64,000 nucleotides of DNA from an uncultured Bacilli bacterium (GTDB lineage Bacteria > Bacillota_I > Bacilli_A > RFN20 > CAG-826): positions 589,009-653,008 of the forward strand of contig CAKPBC010000001.1 of the NCBI GenBank assembly GCA_934140155.1. The letters are read 5' to 3'. The position numbers were made by a program, and so were the translations under genes. The notes under the pieces were generated by a model. That model had not been told where the DNA came from, made no database searches, and saw only the letters and a list, made by a program, of their open reading frames with translations. This document shows, in pieces, positions 1-8,450 of this stretch (its first letter is position 1; every line of letters begins with the position of its first letter).

Positions 1-87
1 TTAAATGATGGAACTTTTGGTAGATTTTTTAATGCTGAACAAAAGAGTACAGCATTTGTTTGGGGAAACGCTAATACAATTAAATAG
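1..87 (+). CDS. 3' end of an unidentified CDS (partial, enters from upstream of the window)
   Basis: Frame 1 is open from base 1 (...LNDGTFGRFFNAEQKSTAFVWGNANTIK) to TAG at 85-87. Too short to assign a family. Confidence 0.3.
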   Translation, partial: LNDGTFGRFFNAEQKSTAFVWGNANTIK

Positions 88-157
88 ATGAATTTTTTAA
101 ACTATTAAATTTATCTTACTTATGATAAAATTAGTTGAATAAGGAGAAAAATCATTT

Positions 158-1630
158 ATGAAAAATATCATTGAAAAACTTTTTCATGTTAATGAAAAAG
201 GATCAAGTATTAAAACAGAAATAATTGGTGGATTAATTACATTTATTGCAATGTGTTATATTTTGCCAGTTAATGCTGCTATTTTAGCAGATATGGAAAT
301 GAGCAAACTAGGCGTATTTGCTATGACTGCATTAGTTGGTGCTTTAGTAACATTTATTATGGGATTTGTTGCTAATTATCCAGTTGTTCTTAGTGCTGGT
401 ATGGGATTAAATGCATATTTGGCTTATACCATTTGTGGGAGTGCAGGATATTCATGGCAACAAGGAATGATTTTATTAACAATATCTGGATTATTATTTC
501 TAATATTATCTCTTACACCAGTAAGAAAGATTATTATTGAAGCAATACCACGAGATTTACAACTTATTATTTCTAGTGCTTTAGGAGCTTTCATTTGTTT
601 TGTAGGGTTAAGAAATTCCGGTGTTATTGTTGAAGGATCAACTTTAGTACAATTAGGTGATTTTTTAAATCCGTCAACTATAATTTCCATAGTTGCTATT
701 ATATTATGTTTTGGCTTAATGTTTTCAAAAAATAAAATTGTTTCTACTTTAGCTATCCCAATTAGTATCTTAGTTGCGGCAGTTGCGGGTATAGTTACTT
801 CAACTATCTTAATTAATAATGGATCTTTATCTGAAATTGATGGAGTATGGATGTTTAAATTAAATGAAAATATTTCTTATGCTAGCAAACTTCCAATTGC
901 TCCTTGGCTTGATAATAATGTTAGTTGGGGTATGAGTGGCGCAAAAGATGTTTTATTTTTTGGCTTATTAAATGATGGATATAGCACAAAAGATTTTGGA
1001 AATGACTTATTAAAAGTAATTTCTACACCTACATCATATATTGCAATTTTTTCATTAATATTTGTTAACTTATTTGATACAACAGCTACACTACTTGCTG
1101 TAGGAAGAAATACTGGTATTATTGATGAACAAGGAAAAATGCAAAATTATCAAAAAGCCGTTTTGGCGGATGCGGTAGGCGCTACAATATGTGGACCATT
1201 AGGAACATCAACTGTTACATCTTTTGCTGAAAGTAATGTTGGTGCAGAAATGGGAGCTAAAACTGGTTTAGCAGCAATAACTGCAGGATTAATGTTCTTA
1301 TTATCAGCATTTATTTATCCGGTATTTTCAATATTTACAGCTGGTTCAGTTACCGCTCCGGCACTAGTGTGTGTGGGTGCAATGATTTTTGTTGGTAATT
1401 TTAAAGATATTAATTTTAATGATCGTATTATTGCATTTACAGGATTTATTACTGTTATATTCTCATTATTAACATATTCAATTGCTTCAGGTATTGGTAT
1501 TGGATTAATTACTTATTGTGTAATGATGCTTGTAGCAAGACGTAGAAAAGAAGTATCTCTTCCAATATATATTATTGCAATCTTATTTGTAATTTCCTTT
1601 GCTTTATCAGCAATAATGACTATTTTATAA
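158..1630 (+). CDS. NCS2-family nucleobase permease (AzgA/PbuG-like adenine/guanine/hypoxanthine transporter)
   Basis: 490-aa polytopic ORF. N-terminal FHVNEKGSSIKTEIIGGLITFIAMCYILPVNA and distal SFAESNVGAEMGAKTGL are typical of AzgA-like NCS2 permeases. AAGGAG RBS upstream of the ATG. Confidence 0.85.
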   Translation: MKNIIEKLFHVNEKGSSIKTEIIGGLITFIAMCYILPVNAAILADMEMSKLGVFAMTALVGALVTFIMGFVANYPVVLSAGMGLNAYLAYTICGSAGYSWQQGMILLTISGLLFLILSLTPVRKIIIEAIPRDLQLIISSALGAFICFVGLRNSGVIVEGSTLVQLGDFLNPSTIISIVAIILCFGLMFSKNKIVSTLAIPISILVAAVAGIVTSTILINNGSLSEIDGVWMFKLNENISYASKLPIAPWLDNNVSWGMSGAKDVLFFGLLNDGYSTKDFGNDLLKVISTPTSYIAIFSLIFVNLFDTTATLLAVGRNTGIIDEQGKMQNYQKAVLADAVGATICGPLGTSTVTSFAESNVGAEMGAKTGLAAITAGLMFLLSAFIYPVFSIFTAGSVTAPALVCVGAMIFVGNFKDINFNDRIIAFTGFITVIFSLLTYSIASGIGIGLITYCVMMLVARRRKEVSLPIYIIAILFVISFALSAIMTIL

Positions 1631-1631
1631 T

Positions 1632-2510
1632 ATGAATAAATATACAAAAATATTATTGTATTGCTTAGAAATTTTAATGCTGATATTTATTTTTATTGGA
1701 AATAAATTATGGATGAATGGCTGGTCGAATATTTTAAGAATAATTATTTATATAGTAACTATTCTTTTAGCAATATTAGCAACAATTTTATTGGTACTAA
1801 AGAAAGAAGAATTATTTAAATTAATATTTACTGGCACAATTATATTTTTCATTTTGCTTTATGCTTTAGTAATAGTGAATAGAGTGTTTAATTTAGATGG
1901 AATAAGTAGTGATGAAGAAAAAATAGAACATATCATAGAACTTATTCAAAAGACAGGGTCATATGGTAAAATTGTATTTGTTTTATTACAAATATTACAA
2001 GTTGTAGTACTTCCTTTACCGGCTTTATTATGTTATGTATCAGGTGTTATGATTTATGGACCTTTAGAAGCATTTATTTTGTCTTCCATAGGTGTATTTA
2101 TTGGATCAATGATTTGCTATGTTATTGGCCGATTTTGTGGCAGAAAAGTGGTGCATTGGTTAGTTGGAGATAAAATGGATAAGTATTTAAATATTTTATC
2201 TACAAGAGGGAAAGGCCCTTTTGTAATCATGCAATTATTACCATTTTTTCCTGATGATGTATTATGTATTTTAGCTGGTGTTACTAATATGAACTTTTGG
2301 TTTTATTTAATTGTAATGCTGGTTATTAGACCTCTTGTAATAGCGGTTTATTGCTTTTTTGGAAGTGGTGCGATTATTCCATTTTCTGGATGGGGAATAC
2401 CAGTTTGGATATTAATATTTGTGGTATTCATTATTCTAGGAATATTGACTTATAAATATCAAGATAAAATTGATGAATGGTTTTTAAAACATAAAACAAT
2501 TAAAAAATGA
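1632..2510 (+). CDS. TVP38/TMEM64 (DedA/VTT-domain) family membrane protein
   Basis: 292-aa hydrophobic ORF. LPLPALLCYVSGVMIYGP ... LLPFFPDDVLCILAGVT resembles the VTT/SNARE-associated domain. ATG lies 1 nt after the permease stop. Confidence 0.7.
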   Translation: MNKYTKILLYCLEILMLIFIFIGNKLWMNGWSNILRIIIYIVTILLAILATILLVLKKEELFKLIFTGTIIFFILLYALVIVNRVFNLDGISSDEEKIEHIIELIQKTGSYGKIVFVLLQILQVVVLPLPALLCYVSGVMIYGPLEAFILSSIGVFIGSMICYVIGRFCGRKVVHWLVGDKMDKYLNILSTRGKGPFVIMQLLPFFPDDVLCILAGVTNMNFWFYLIVMLVIRPLVIAVYCFFGSGAIIPFSGWGIPVWILIFVVFIILGILTYKYQDKIDEWFLKHKTIKK

Positions 2511-2534
2511 TAGCAAATCCGCTATCATTTTTGT
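2508..2534. terminator. bidirectional rho-independent terminator between convergent genes
   Basis: 7-bp stem TGATAGC/GCTATCA with 6-nt loop, followed by a T-run on the + strand and flanked by an A-run. Confidence 0.6.
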
Positions 2535-2538
2535 TAGA

Positions 2539-3747
2539 TTATTTAACTAATTCTAATAATATCTTTACCATTTTTTCCATTTGAGTTAAAGATACATATT
2601 CGAACTTTCCGTGATAATTATATCCACCAGTTCCTAAATTTGGTGTAGGAAGTCCTTTAACAGTTAATGTTGCTCCATCTGTTCCACCACGAATAGGAGA
2701 GAATTTAAATGGAATATTTAATTTATTGTAAGTTTCAACAACACGGTTAAGCGAACGGGGATCTTTTTCAATATATGGACGCATATTTTGATAACTATCA
2801 GTTATAGATAGAGTAACAATTTCATATTCGTATTTATGATTTAAGATATCTCTAGCAATTTCAAAGTCTTTCTTTTGCTTTTCAAATAATTCTTTTGAGT
2901 GATTACGAATTATGTATTGCATTGAAGTGTGTTCGCAATCCCCTTTTATATTATGCAAATGATTAAATCCTTGATAACCTTCTGTTTTACTTGGAATCAT
3001 ATCGCTTGGTAACAAATCATTAAATTCTTCCGCGACTAAGATAGAATTAATCATCTTTCCTTTAGCGGAACCAGGATGAATGCTTTTACCATAAATTTCG
3101 ACATCAGCAGAAGCAGCATTGAAATTTTCATATTCAATCAAATCAATCTCGCCACCATCAATTGTATAAGCATAGTCAGCATCAAATTCAGTTATATCGA
3201 AATTATCTGTGCCACGACCGATTTCTTCATCTGGAGTGAAAGCAATACTGATTTGTCCATGTTTTATATTAGGGTGTTTAACTAATTCCTCCACTAAAGA
3301 CATGATAATTGCAATACCTGCTTTATCATCAGCGCCCAATAGAGAAGTACCATCAGTAACAATTAAAGTTTCACCAATATTTTTTAAAAGAGTAGGAAAT
3401 GTTTTGGTGTCTAAAATGATGTTTAAATCTTTGTTTAAAACAATATCACTACCATCATAGTTTGTAATTGTTCTTGGCTTTACGTTAGCGCCATTAAAAT
3501 CTGGAGATGTATCCATATGACTTATGAATCCAATTTTATCTTTTGCTTCTTCACAATTTGTTTCGATTTTAGCATATACAATGCCATATTTATTCAAATA
3601 AGCATTAGTAATACCTAAGCTTTGTAAATCATTAACAAGCTTACGAGCAAGATTTAATTGCTTACTTGTTGATGGGTAAGTAGAAGATGATTCATCACTT
3701 TGTGTATCAATATCCACATAACTTAGGAAACGTTCTTTAATATTCAT
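2539..3747 (-). CDS. pepT: peptidase T (tripeptide aminopeptidase, M20B)
   Basis: MNIKERFLSYVDIDTQSDE..., HMDTSPD, GADDKAGIA and PDEEIGRG motifs match PepT. I start at the internal ATG at 3747 (GAAGGG RBS) rather than the ORF-track start at 3780. Confidence 0.9.
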   Translation of the reverse strand: MNIKERFLSYVDIDTQSDESSSTYPSTSKQLNLARKLVNDLQSLGITNAYLNKYGIVYAKIETNCEEAKDKIGFISHMDTSPDFNGANVKPRTITNYDGSDIVLNKDLNIILDTKTFPTLLKNIGETLIVTDGTSLLGADDKAGIAIIMSLVEELVKHPNIKHGQISIAFTPDEEIGRGTDNFDITEFDADYAYTIDGGEIDLIEYENFNAASADVEIYGKSIHPGSAKGKMINSILVAEEFNDLLPSDMIPSKTEGYQGFNHLHNIKGDCEHTSMQYIIRNHSKELFEKQKKDFEIARDILNHKYEYEIVTLSITDSYQNMRPYIEKDPRSLNRVVETYNKLNIPFKFSPIRGGTDGATLTVKGLPTPNLGTGGYNYHGKFEYVSLTQMEKMVKILLELVK

Positions 3748-3854
3748 AATATCAATCCCTTCAAATACAACAAATATCATACACTAATTTTTTAATAAGT
3801 CCATAAATCTGATAAAATATGTTTGCAAAAAAATGTAATTAAATAAATTTAATC

Positions 3855-3883
3855 TTGAATTTATATATATTATTTGTTAGAAT
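3855..3883 (+). promoter_or_regulatory. sigma-A-type promoter of rplS
   Basis: TTGAAT (3855-3860), 17-nt spacer, TAGAAT (3878-3883). Confidence 0.55.
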
Positions 3884-3975
3884 AACAAAGCGTTTGAAAA
3901 AAGCGCCGCAGATGTTCCGCTGGAGATCACTTACTCGAATGAACATTGAAGATAACGAAAAGGAGCGTGTTTATT
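3884..3975 (+). promoter_or_regulatory. about 90-nt rplS 5' leader, possibly an L19-leader-type autoregulatory RNA
   Basis: Locally GC-enriched segment (AAGCGCCGCAGATGTTCCGCTGGAGATCAC...) between the promoter and the RBS in an otherwise AT-rich spacer. Position matches the known L19 leader of Bacillota. Structure not verified. Confidence 0.3.
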
Positions 3976-4323
3976 GTGAACAATAATTTAGTAAAAGAAA
4001 TCGAAAAATCACAATTAAAAACTGATATCCCATCATTCTCTTCTGGTGATACAGTTAATGTTTATGTCCGTATTATTGAAAACGGAAAAGAGAGATTACA
4101 ATTATTCCAAGGCGTTGTCATGGCTCGTGTTGGCGGTGGCGTTGGCGAAACATTTATCGTAAGAAAAATTAGTAATGGCATCGGTGTTGAAAGAACATTC
4201 CCATTACACTCACCTTCAATTAGTAAAATCGAAGTTGTTAAAAAAGGTAAAGTTCGTCGTAACAAAATCTTCTACTTACGTGAACGTTCAGGAAAAGCAG
4301 CTCGTATTAAGACTGTTCTTTAA
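3976..4323 (+). CDS. rplS: 50S ribosomal protein L19
   Basis: [47 protein letters not shown]... is canonical L19. GTG start at 3976 sits 10 nt after the AAGGAG RBS. The ORF-track start at 3946 is probably too far upstream. Confidence 0.9.
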   Translation: MNNNLVKEIEKSQLKTDIPSFSSGDTVNVYVRIIENGKERLQLFQGVVMARVGGGVGETFIVRKISNGIGVERTFPLHSPSISKIEVVKKGKVRRNKIFYLRERSGKAARIKTVL

Positions 4324-4365
4324 TTTTTAGAAATTAATTTAAAAAATAATTTAATAAGTGACTTA

Positions 4366-4396
4366 AAGGTTTCTCTTTATTGAGAGCCTTTTTTGT
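4366..4396 (+). terminator. rho-independent terminator after rplS
   Basis: AAGGTTTCTC / GAGAGCCTT stem (one bulge, one G-U), then TTTTTG. Confidence 0.6.
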
Positions 4397-4459
4397 TGTT
4401 ATAAAAATTGCATTTAATTATAACTTAATTTATAATTAAAAAAGCAAGGAGTTAACGCT

Positions 4460-5053
4460 ATGGAAAAGAAAACAAAGAAAGCAAAAATAATTGATACTTT
4501 ATTTATTATAGCTGTTGTAATGTGCTTTTGTGTGACCTCTCTTTTGCTATATCGTAATATTTGTTACGACAAAGTAATTGTCTCTGGTAGTTCAATGGAA
4601 CCAACTCTTCTTAATGGAGATTATGGACTAATGAAGACTACAAGTGGAGCTAAAAAAAGCATAAAACGTTTTGATATTGTTATTTTCAAAGTTGATGAAA
4701 CAAATACATCAGAAGGTCATGATATTATTAAAAGGATAATTGGAATGCCAGGAGAAACAATTCGCATTGCTACCGATGGAGAAATATTTATAAATGATGA
4801 AATATTAGAACAATCATTTATTAGTGATAGCGCAAAAAAAGCAACATATAGAAGTGGTTCAGTAGCAGCAAATAAAGACTATGAAATCCCAAATAATGCA
4901 TATTTTGCTTTGGGTGATAATCGTGTCGCATCTTCTGATTCAAGAAGTCGTGGCGCTATATCAAAAGATAACATTGATGGTGTATTAAAAATTATTTATA
5001 AGCATTGTGATAATGATAAAGTTTGTAAAAGCATTTCGACAAGATGGTATTAA
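4460..5053 (+). CDS. lepB: signal peptidase I
   Basis: N-terminal TM segment, catalytic SGSSMEPTL box, KRIIGMPGE box, GDNRVASSDSR box. Confidence 0.9.
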   Translation: MEKKTKKAKIIDTLFIIAVVMCFCVTSLLLYRNICYDKVIVSGSSMEPTLLNGDYGLMKTTSGAKKSIKRFDIVIFKVDETNTSEGHDIIKRIIGMPGETIRIATDGEIFINDEILEQSFISDSAKKATYRSGSVAANKDYEIPNNAYFALGDNRVASSDSRSRGAISKDNIDGVLKIIYKHCDNDKVCKSISTRWY

Positions 5054-5124
5054 GCACTAAAAAGAAAGGACAAATGATAAAATCTTTATTTTAAGTAATG
5101 ATTTTATATTTTGGAGATTAAACA

Positions 5125-5856
5125 ATGATAAAAGTAAAAATGACAAAAAACTTTGCGGGATTTGAAATTATTGGATCATATGATGACTTTATTGACCTTT
5201 ATGATAATATTATGCTTGCTATAGGACCTGAGTGTGAAAATGAAAATATAGAGGATGCGCGCTTACATGTGTTGTCTTTTCTATATGATTTAAGGCATGC
5301 TTATAAGGGTCATAGAAACATAATAGTGGCGGATACTTCATTAGAAAAGGAAACAAAAAAAATTAGACAAATAAAAGAAAAAGTTGATTATGAAGTATTA
5401 TATAGTTTTTACTATTTGGTTCCAGATGCTTTAATGGATATTCTTATCATTAAATATTTCGTATCTATAAATAGAGAAGGAATTATTGATGAATTTGATC
5501 AATGTCGTAACACAATTCGCTTGTTTCAAAGTAAACTAATTGATGCTTTAAATACAATGCTTATTAAAGAGCAAATGATAAAAGTTGAACAAGAGTTATA
5601 TGATTCAATGATTTTAATAGAGGACTTTATTCTTCAATGGATTGATTTGCTTGATAAGGAATATATTTATGCTACTAAAACAAAAAGAAAAAATATGTTT
5701 ATGGATGTTTTAGATAAAGTATGTAATTATTTTAATTATCCAGAATTTGCTAATTTTAAATCTGAAATAGAATCTCTTGCAAGAGAGCATAATATACCTG
5801 TTAATGAAGTGAGAGGTCCGTTTAACGATTATGATCTTGATGATATTAAATGGTAA
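5125..5856 (+). CDS. hypothetical protein (no family recognised)
   Basis: 243-aa ORF with GGAGA RBS, co-oriented between lepB and rbgA. Predicted soluble, helical-looking. Confidence 0.5.
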   Translation: MIKVKMTKNFAGFEIIGSYDDFIDLYDNIMLAIGPECENENIEDARLHVLSFLYDLRHAYKGHRNIIVADTSLEKETKKIRQIKEKVDYEVLYSFYYLVPDALMDILIIKYFVSINREGIIDEFDQCRNTIRLFQSKLIDALNTMLIKEQMIKVEQELYDSMILIEDFILQWIDLLDKEYIYATKTKRKNMFMDVLDKVCNYFNYPEFANFKSEIESLAREHNIPVNEVRGPFNDYDLDDIKW

Positions 5857-5926
5857 TTATTAATTAATAGGGAAGATGTTAAAAAATATAGCAAAATAAC
5901 TTTAAAATAGAAAGAAGGGGGAAATA

Positions 5927-6787
5927 ATGGCAATTGAAAATAAAACAAACATCAACTGGTTTCCTGGCCATATGCAAAAAGCAACCAGAGAAATTGAGAA
6001 TAGAATAAAAATTGTTGATGTAATTATTGAATTACTTGATGCACGCGCTCCTCTTTCGAGCAGAAATAATGCTTTATTTAAGATTACTAAAGATAAAAAA
6101 AGATTATTAATTTTAACAAAAGCTGATTTAGCAGATGAAAAAATAACAAATAAATGGGTGGATTATTTTTCATCTTTAGGTTATTTGGTGATGTGCGCTA
6201 ATCTAAATGAAACTAAATTAGTGGATAAATTAACTACTAAAATTAATATTTTAGGACAAGAAAAACATGAAAAAGAAAAAAGAAAAGGAATGAAGCCACA
6301 GCCAATTAGAACAATGATAATTGGTATTCCTAATGTTGGTAAATCAACATTAATTAATCGTATAGCTAAACGTAATGCGGCATCTGTACAAAACACACCA
6401 GGACATACCAAATCTCAACAATGGATTAAAGTTGGCAATTCTTTTGATTTGTTAGATACGCCAGGAATTTTACAAGCAAATTACGAAGATAAGAATTACG
6501 CTACCAACTTAGCGCTTATTGGATCAATTAAAGAAACAATATTGCCTCTTGATGATTTGGGAGATATCTTACTTGACTATTTAAAAGAATATTATGTAGA
6601 AGACATAAAAACTCGTTTTAAGATAGAGTTTGATACTAATGAAGACAATTATAGTATCTTTACTAAAATTGCTTTAAAACGTGGTTTACTTCAAAAAGGA
6701 GAACCAGATGTTAGTAAAGCTAAAGCAGTATTTTTAAAAGAATTTAAAGAAGGTTTAATTGGTAGAATCTCTTTGGAGCGTATTTAG
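5927..6787 (+). CDS. rbgA: ribosome biogenesis GTPase A (YlqF/RbgA, circularly permuted GTPase)
   Basis: NWFPGHMQKA start; permuted G-motif order TKADL (G4), then GIPNVGKST (G1), then DTPG (G3). Confidence 0.9.
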   Translation: MAIENKTNINWFPGHMQKATREIENRIKIVDVIIELLDARAPLSSRNNALFKITKDKKRLLILTKADLADEKITNKWVDYFSSLGYLVMCANLNETKLVDKLTTKINILGQEKHEKEKRKGMKPQPIRTMIIGIPNVGKSTLINRIAKRNAASVQNTPGHTKSQQWIKVGNSFDLLDTPGILQANYEDKNYATNLALIGSIKETILPLDDLGDILLDYLKEYYVEDIKTRFKIEFDTNEDNYSIFTKIALKRGLLQKGEPDVSKAKAVFLKEFKEGLIGRISLERI

Positions 6788-7408
6788 ATGTTACATTATG
6801 AAAAAGATTATTATACAAATGAAATAGAATTTATTGCTGGATGTGATGAAGCAGGTCGTGGCCCGCTTGCGGGACCTGTTGTTTGTGCGGCAGTAATTAT
6901 GCCTAAAGATTTTCAAAATGAAGTGGTTAATGATTCTAAACAATTAACAGATAAAAAGCGAAGAGAACTTTTTGAGGTTATAAAAAAAGAAGCTATTGCT
7001 TATGCAGTTGTTGAAGTATCAGCGGATAAAATTGATGAAATTAATATTTATGAAGCTTCAAGACTAGGTATGGAATTAGCGTTAAGAAACTTAAAACACC
7101 GCTATGACATGGTTTTAACAGATTGCATGCCATTACTTCATGAAACAGTACCAGTAGAAGCTATTGTTAAAGGTGATGCTAAATCGTTTAATATTGCTTG
7201 TGCTTCGATACTTGCTAAAGTTACTCGTGATAACATTATGATTGAATTAGATAAACAATATCCAGAATATCAATTTGCTAAACATAAAGGCTATGGTACT
7301 AAAGTTCATTTAGAAGCTTTAGAAAAATATGGGGCTATTGAACATATTCATCGTAAAACTTATGGCCCAGTTAAAAATTTAAAAATAAAACAATTGACGC
7401 TTTTTTAA
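6788..7408 (+). CDS. rnhB: ribonuclease HII
   Basis: GCDEAGRGPLAGPVV motif and DSKQL motif. ATG directly follows the rbgA stop. Confidence 0.92.
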   Translation: MLHYEKDYYTNEIEFIAGCDEAGRGPLAGPVVCAAVIMPKDFQNEVVNDSKQLTDKKRRELFEVIKKEAIAYAVVEVSADKIDEINIYEASRLGMELALRNLKHRYDMVLTDCMPLLHETVPVEAIVKGDAKSFNIACASILAKVTRDNIMIELDKQYPEYQFAKHKGYGTKVHLEALEKYGAIEHIHRKTYGPVKNLKIKQLTLF

Positions 7409-7445
7409 ATTTAATCACCTATAAATATAATGGTAGGTGATTTTT

Positions 7446-8216
7446 TTGTTAACAGGACAAGATATATTATTATATTTTGCTTTAAAGCATTTAGGAGACT
7501 GGGATAAAATCTATACTTCTATAAAAAATAAGGATAGATTTGATGAAGAAGAATTTATAAGTTTAAAGACGAGATTAAAGAGTTTTTATGTGACCATTAT
7601 AGATGATGCTTATCCCGAGTATTTAAGACATTCTTTTAAGCCTCCATTTGTTATTTTTTATTATGGTAATTTAGATTTATTAATGCTTAATAATCGAATA
7701 ACGGTGGTAGGATCAAGAGATTGCTCTTCTTATGGAGAACAAGCCACTCAAATGGTTGTTAGCGAATTAGCAAAGGAAAATTATGTGATTGTATCTGGCT
7801 TAGCAAGAGGAATAGACGCTGTTGCACATAAAGCGGCAATTGATGCAATGGGAAAAACAATTGCTGTCTTAGGATCAGGTATTGATTATTGCTATCCAAA
7901 ACAAAATAAAGCATTATATGAGAAAATTAAAAATGAACATTTGCTTATTAGTGAATATCCTTTTGATGAATGTGCTAGTAAAGATAATTTTCCTAAACGT
8001 AATCGTTTATTAGCGGCTATTGGTAATGCTGTTTTGGTTACTGAATTTAAAATGCCATCAGGTACTAGCATTACCATTTCTTGTGCTTTAAATTTAGGAA
8101 AAGATATTTATTGTGTTCCTTTTCCTATTAATAAAGAGAATAGTAACAACAAGTTAATTAAAGAAGGAGCGATACTCGTAACTTCGGCATTAGATATCAT
8201 GGATGATAAGAAATAA
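7446..8216 (+). CDS. dprA: DNA-processing protein DprA (Smf)
   Basis: VVGSRDCSSYG, SGLARGIDAVAHKAA and AVLGSGIDYCYP motifs. Start uncertain: TTG at 7446 sits 6 nt after AGGTGA; the ORF-track GTG is at 7437. Confidence 0.85.
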   Translation: MLTGQDILLYFALKHLGDWDKIYTSIKNKDRFDEEEFISLKTRLKSFYVTIIDDAYPEYLRHSFKPPFVIFYYGNLDLLMLNNRITVVGSRDCSSYGEQATQMVVSELAKENYVIVSGLARGIDAVAHKAAIDAMGKTIAVLGSGIDYCYPKQNKALYEKIKNEHLLISEYPFDECASKDNFPKRNRLLAAIGNAVLVTEFKMPSGTSITISCALNLGKDIYCVPFPINKENSNNKLIKEGAILVTSALDIMDDKK

Positions 8217-8340
8217 TGATAGTTTTATACTTGATAAGTTATAAATAGTGATTTTATTGCTATAATATAAGTGCTTTATGAATTATAAGTGGGTCTTTTA
8301 GAATATTAAAATAATTTTTATCAAAAAAAAACAAATTTTT

Positions 8341-8360
8341 CTCATTACTCTAGTAATGAG
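8341..8360. promoter_or_regulatory. 20-bp near-perfect palindrome upstream of topA (operator-like)
   Basis: CTCATTACT-CT-AGTAATGAG has 9-bp arms with a 2-nt centre. The loop is too tight for an RNA hairpin. Followed by TATAAAAAT. Confidence 0.3.
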
Positions 8361-8450
8361 TATAAAAATCATTATATATAAAGGAAAAATAATGTTTGAC
8401 AAATGTGAAAAAAAGATTAAATATTTAATAGTCTATAAGGAGGGATTAGT

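Noticed and set aside
88-157. Looked for a purine riboswitch upstream of the NCS2 nucleobase permease, since such permeases are often riboswitch-controlled in Bacillota.
   Set aside because: The 70-nt spacer is almost pure A/T with only a -10-like TGATAAAAT. It is too short and lacks the conserved P1/J2-3 GC-containing core of the purine aptamer.
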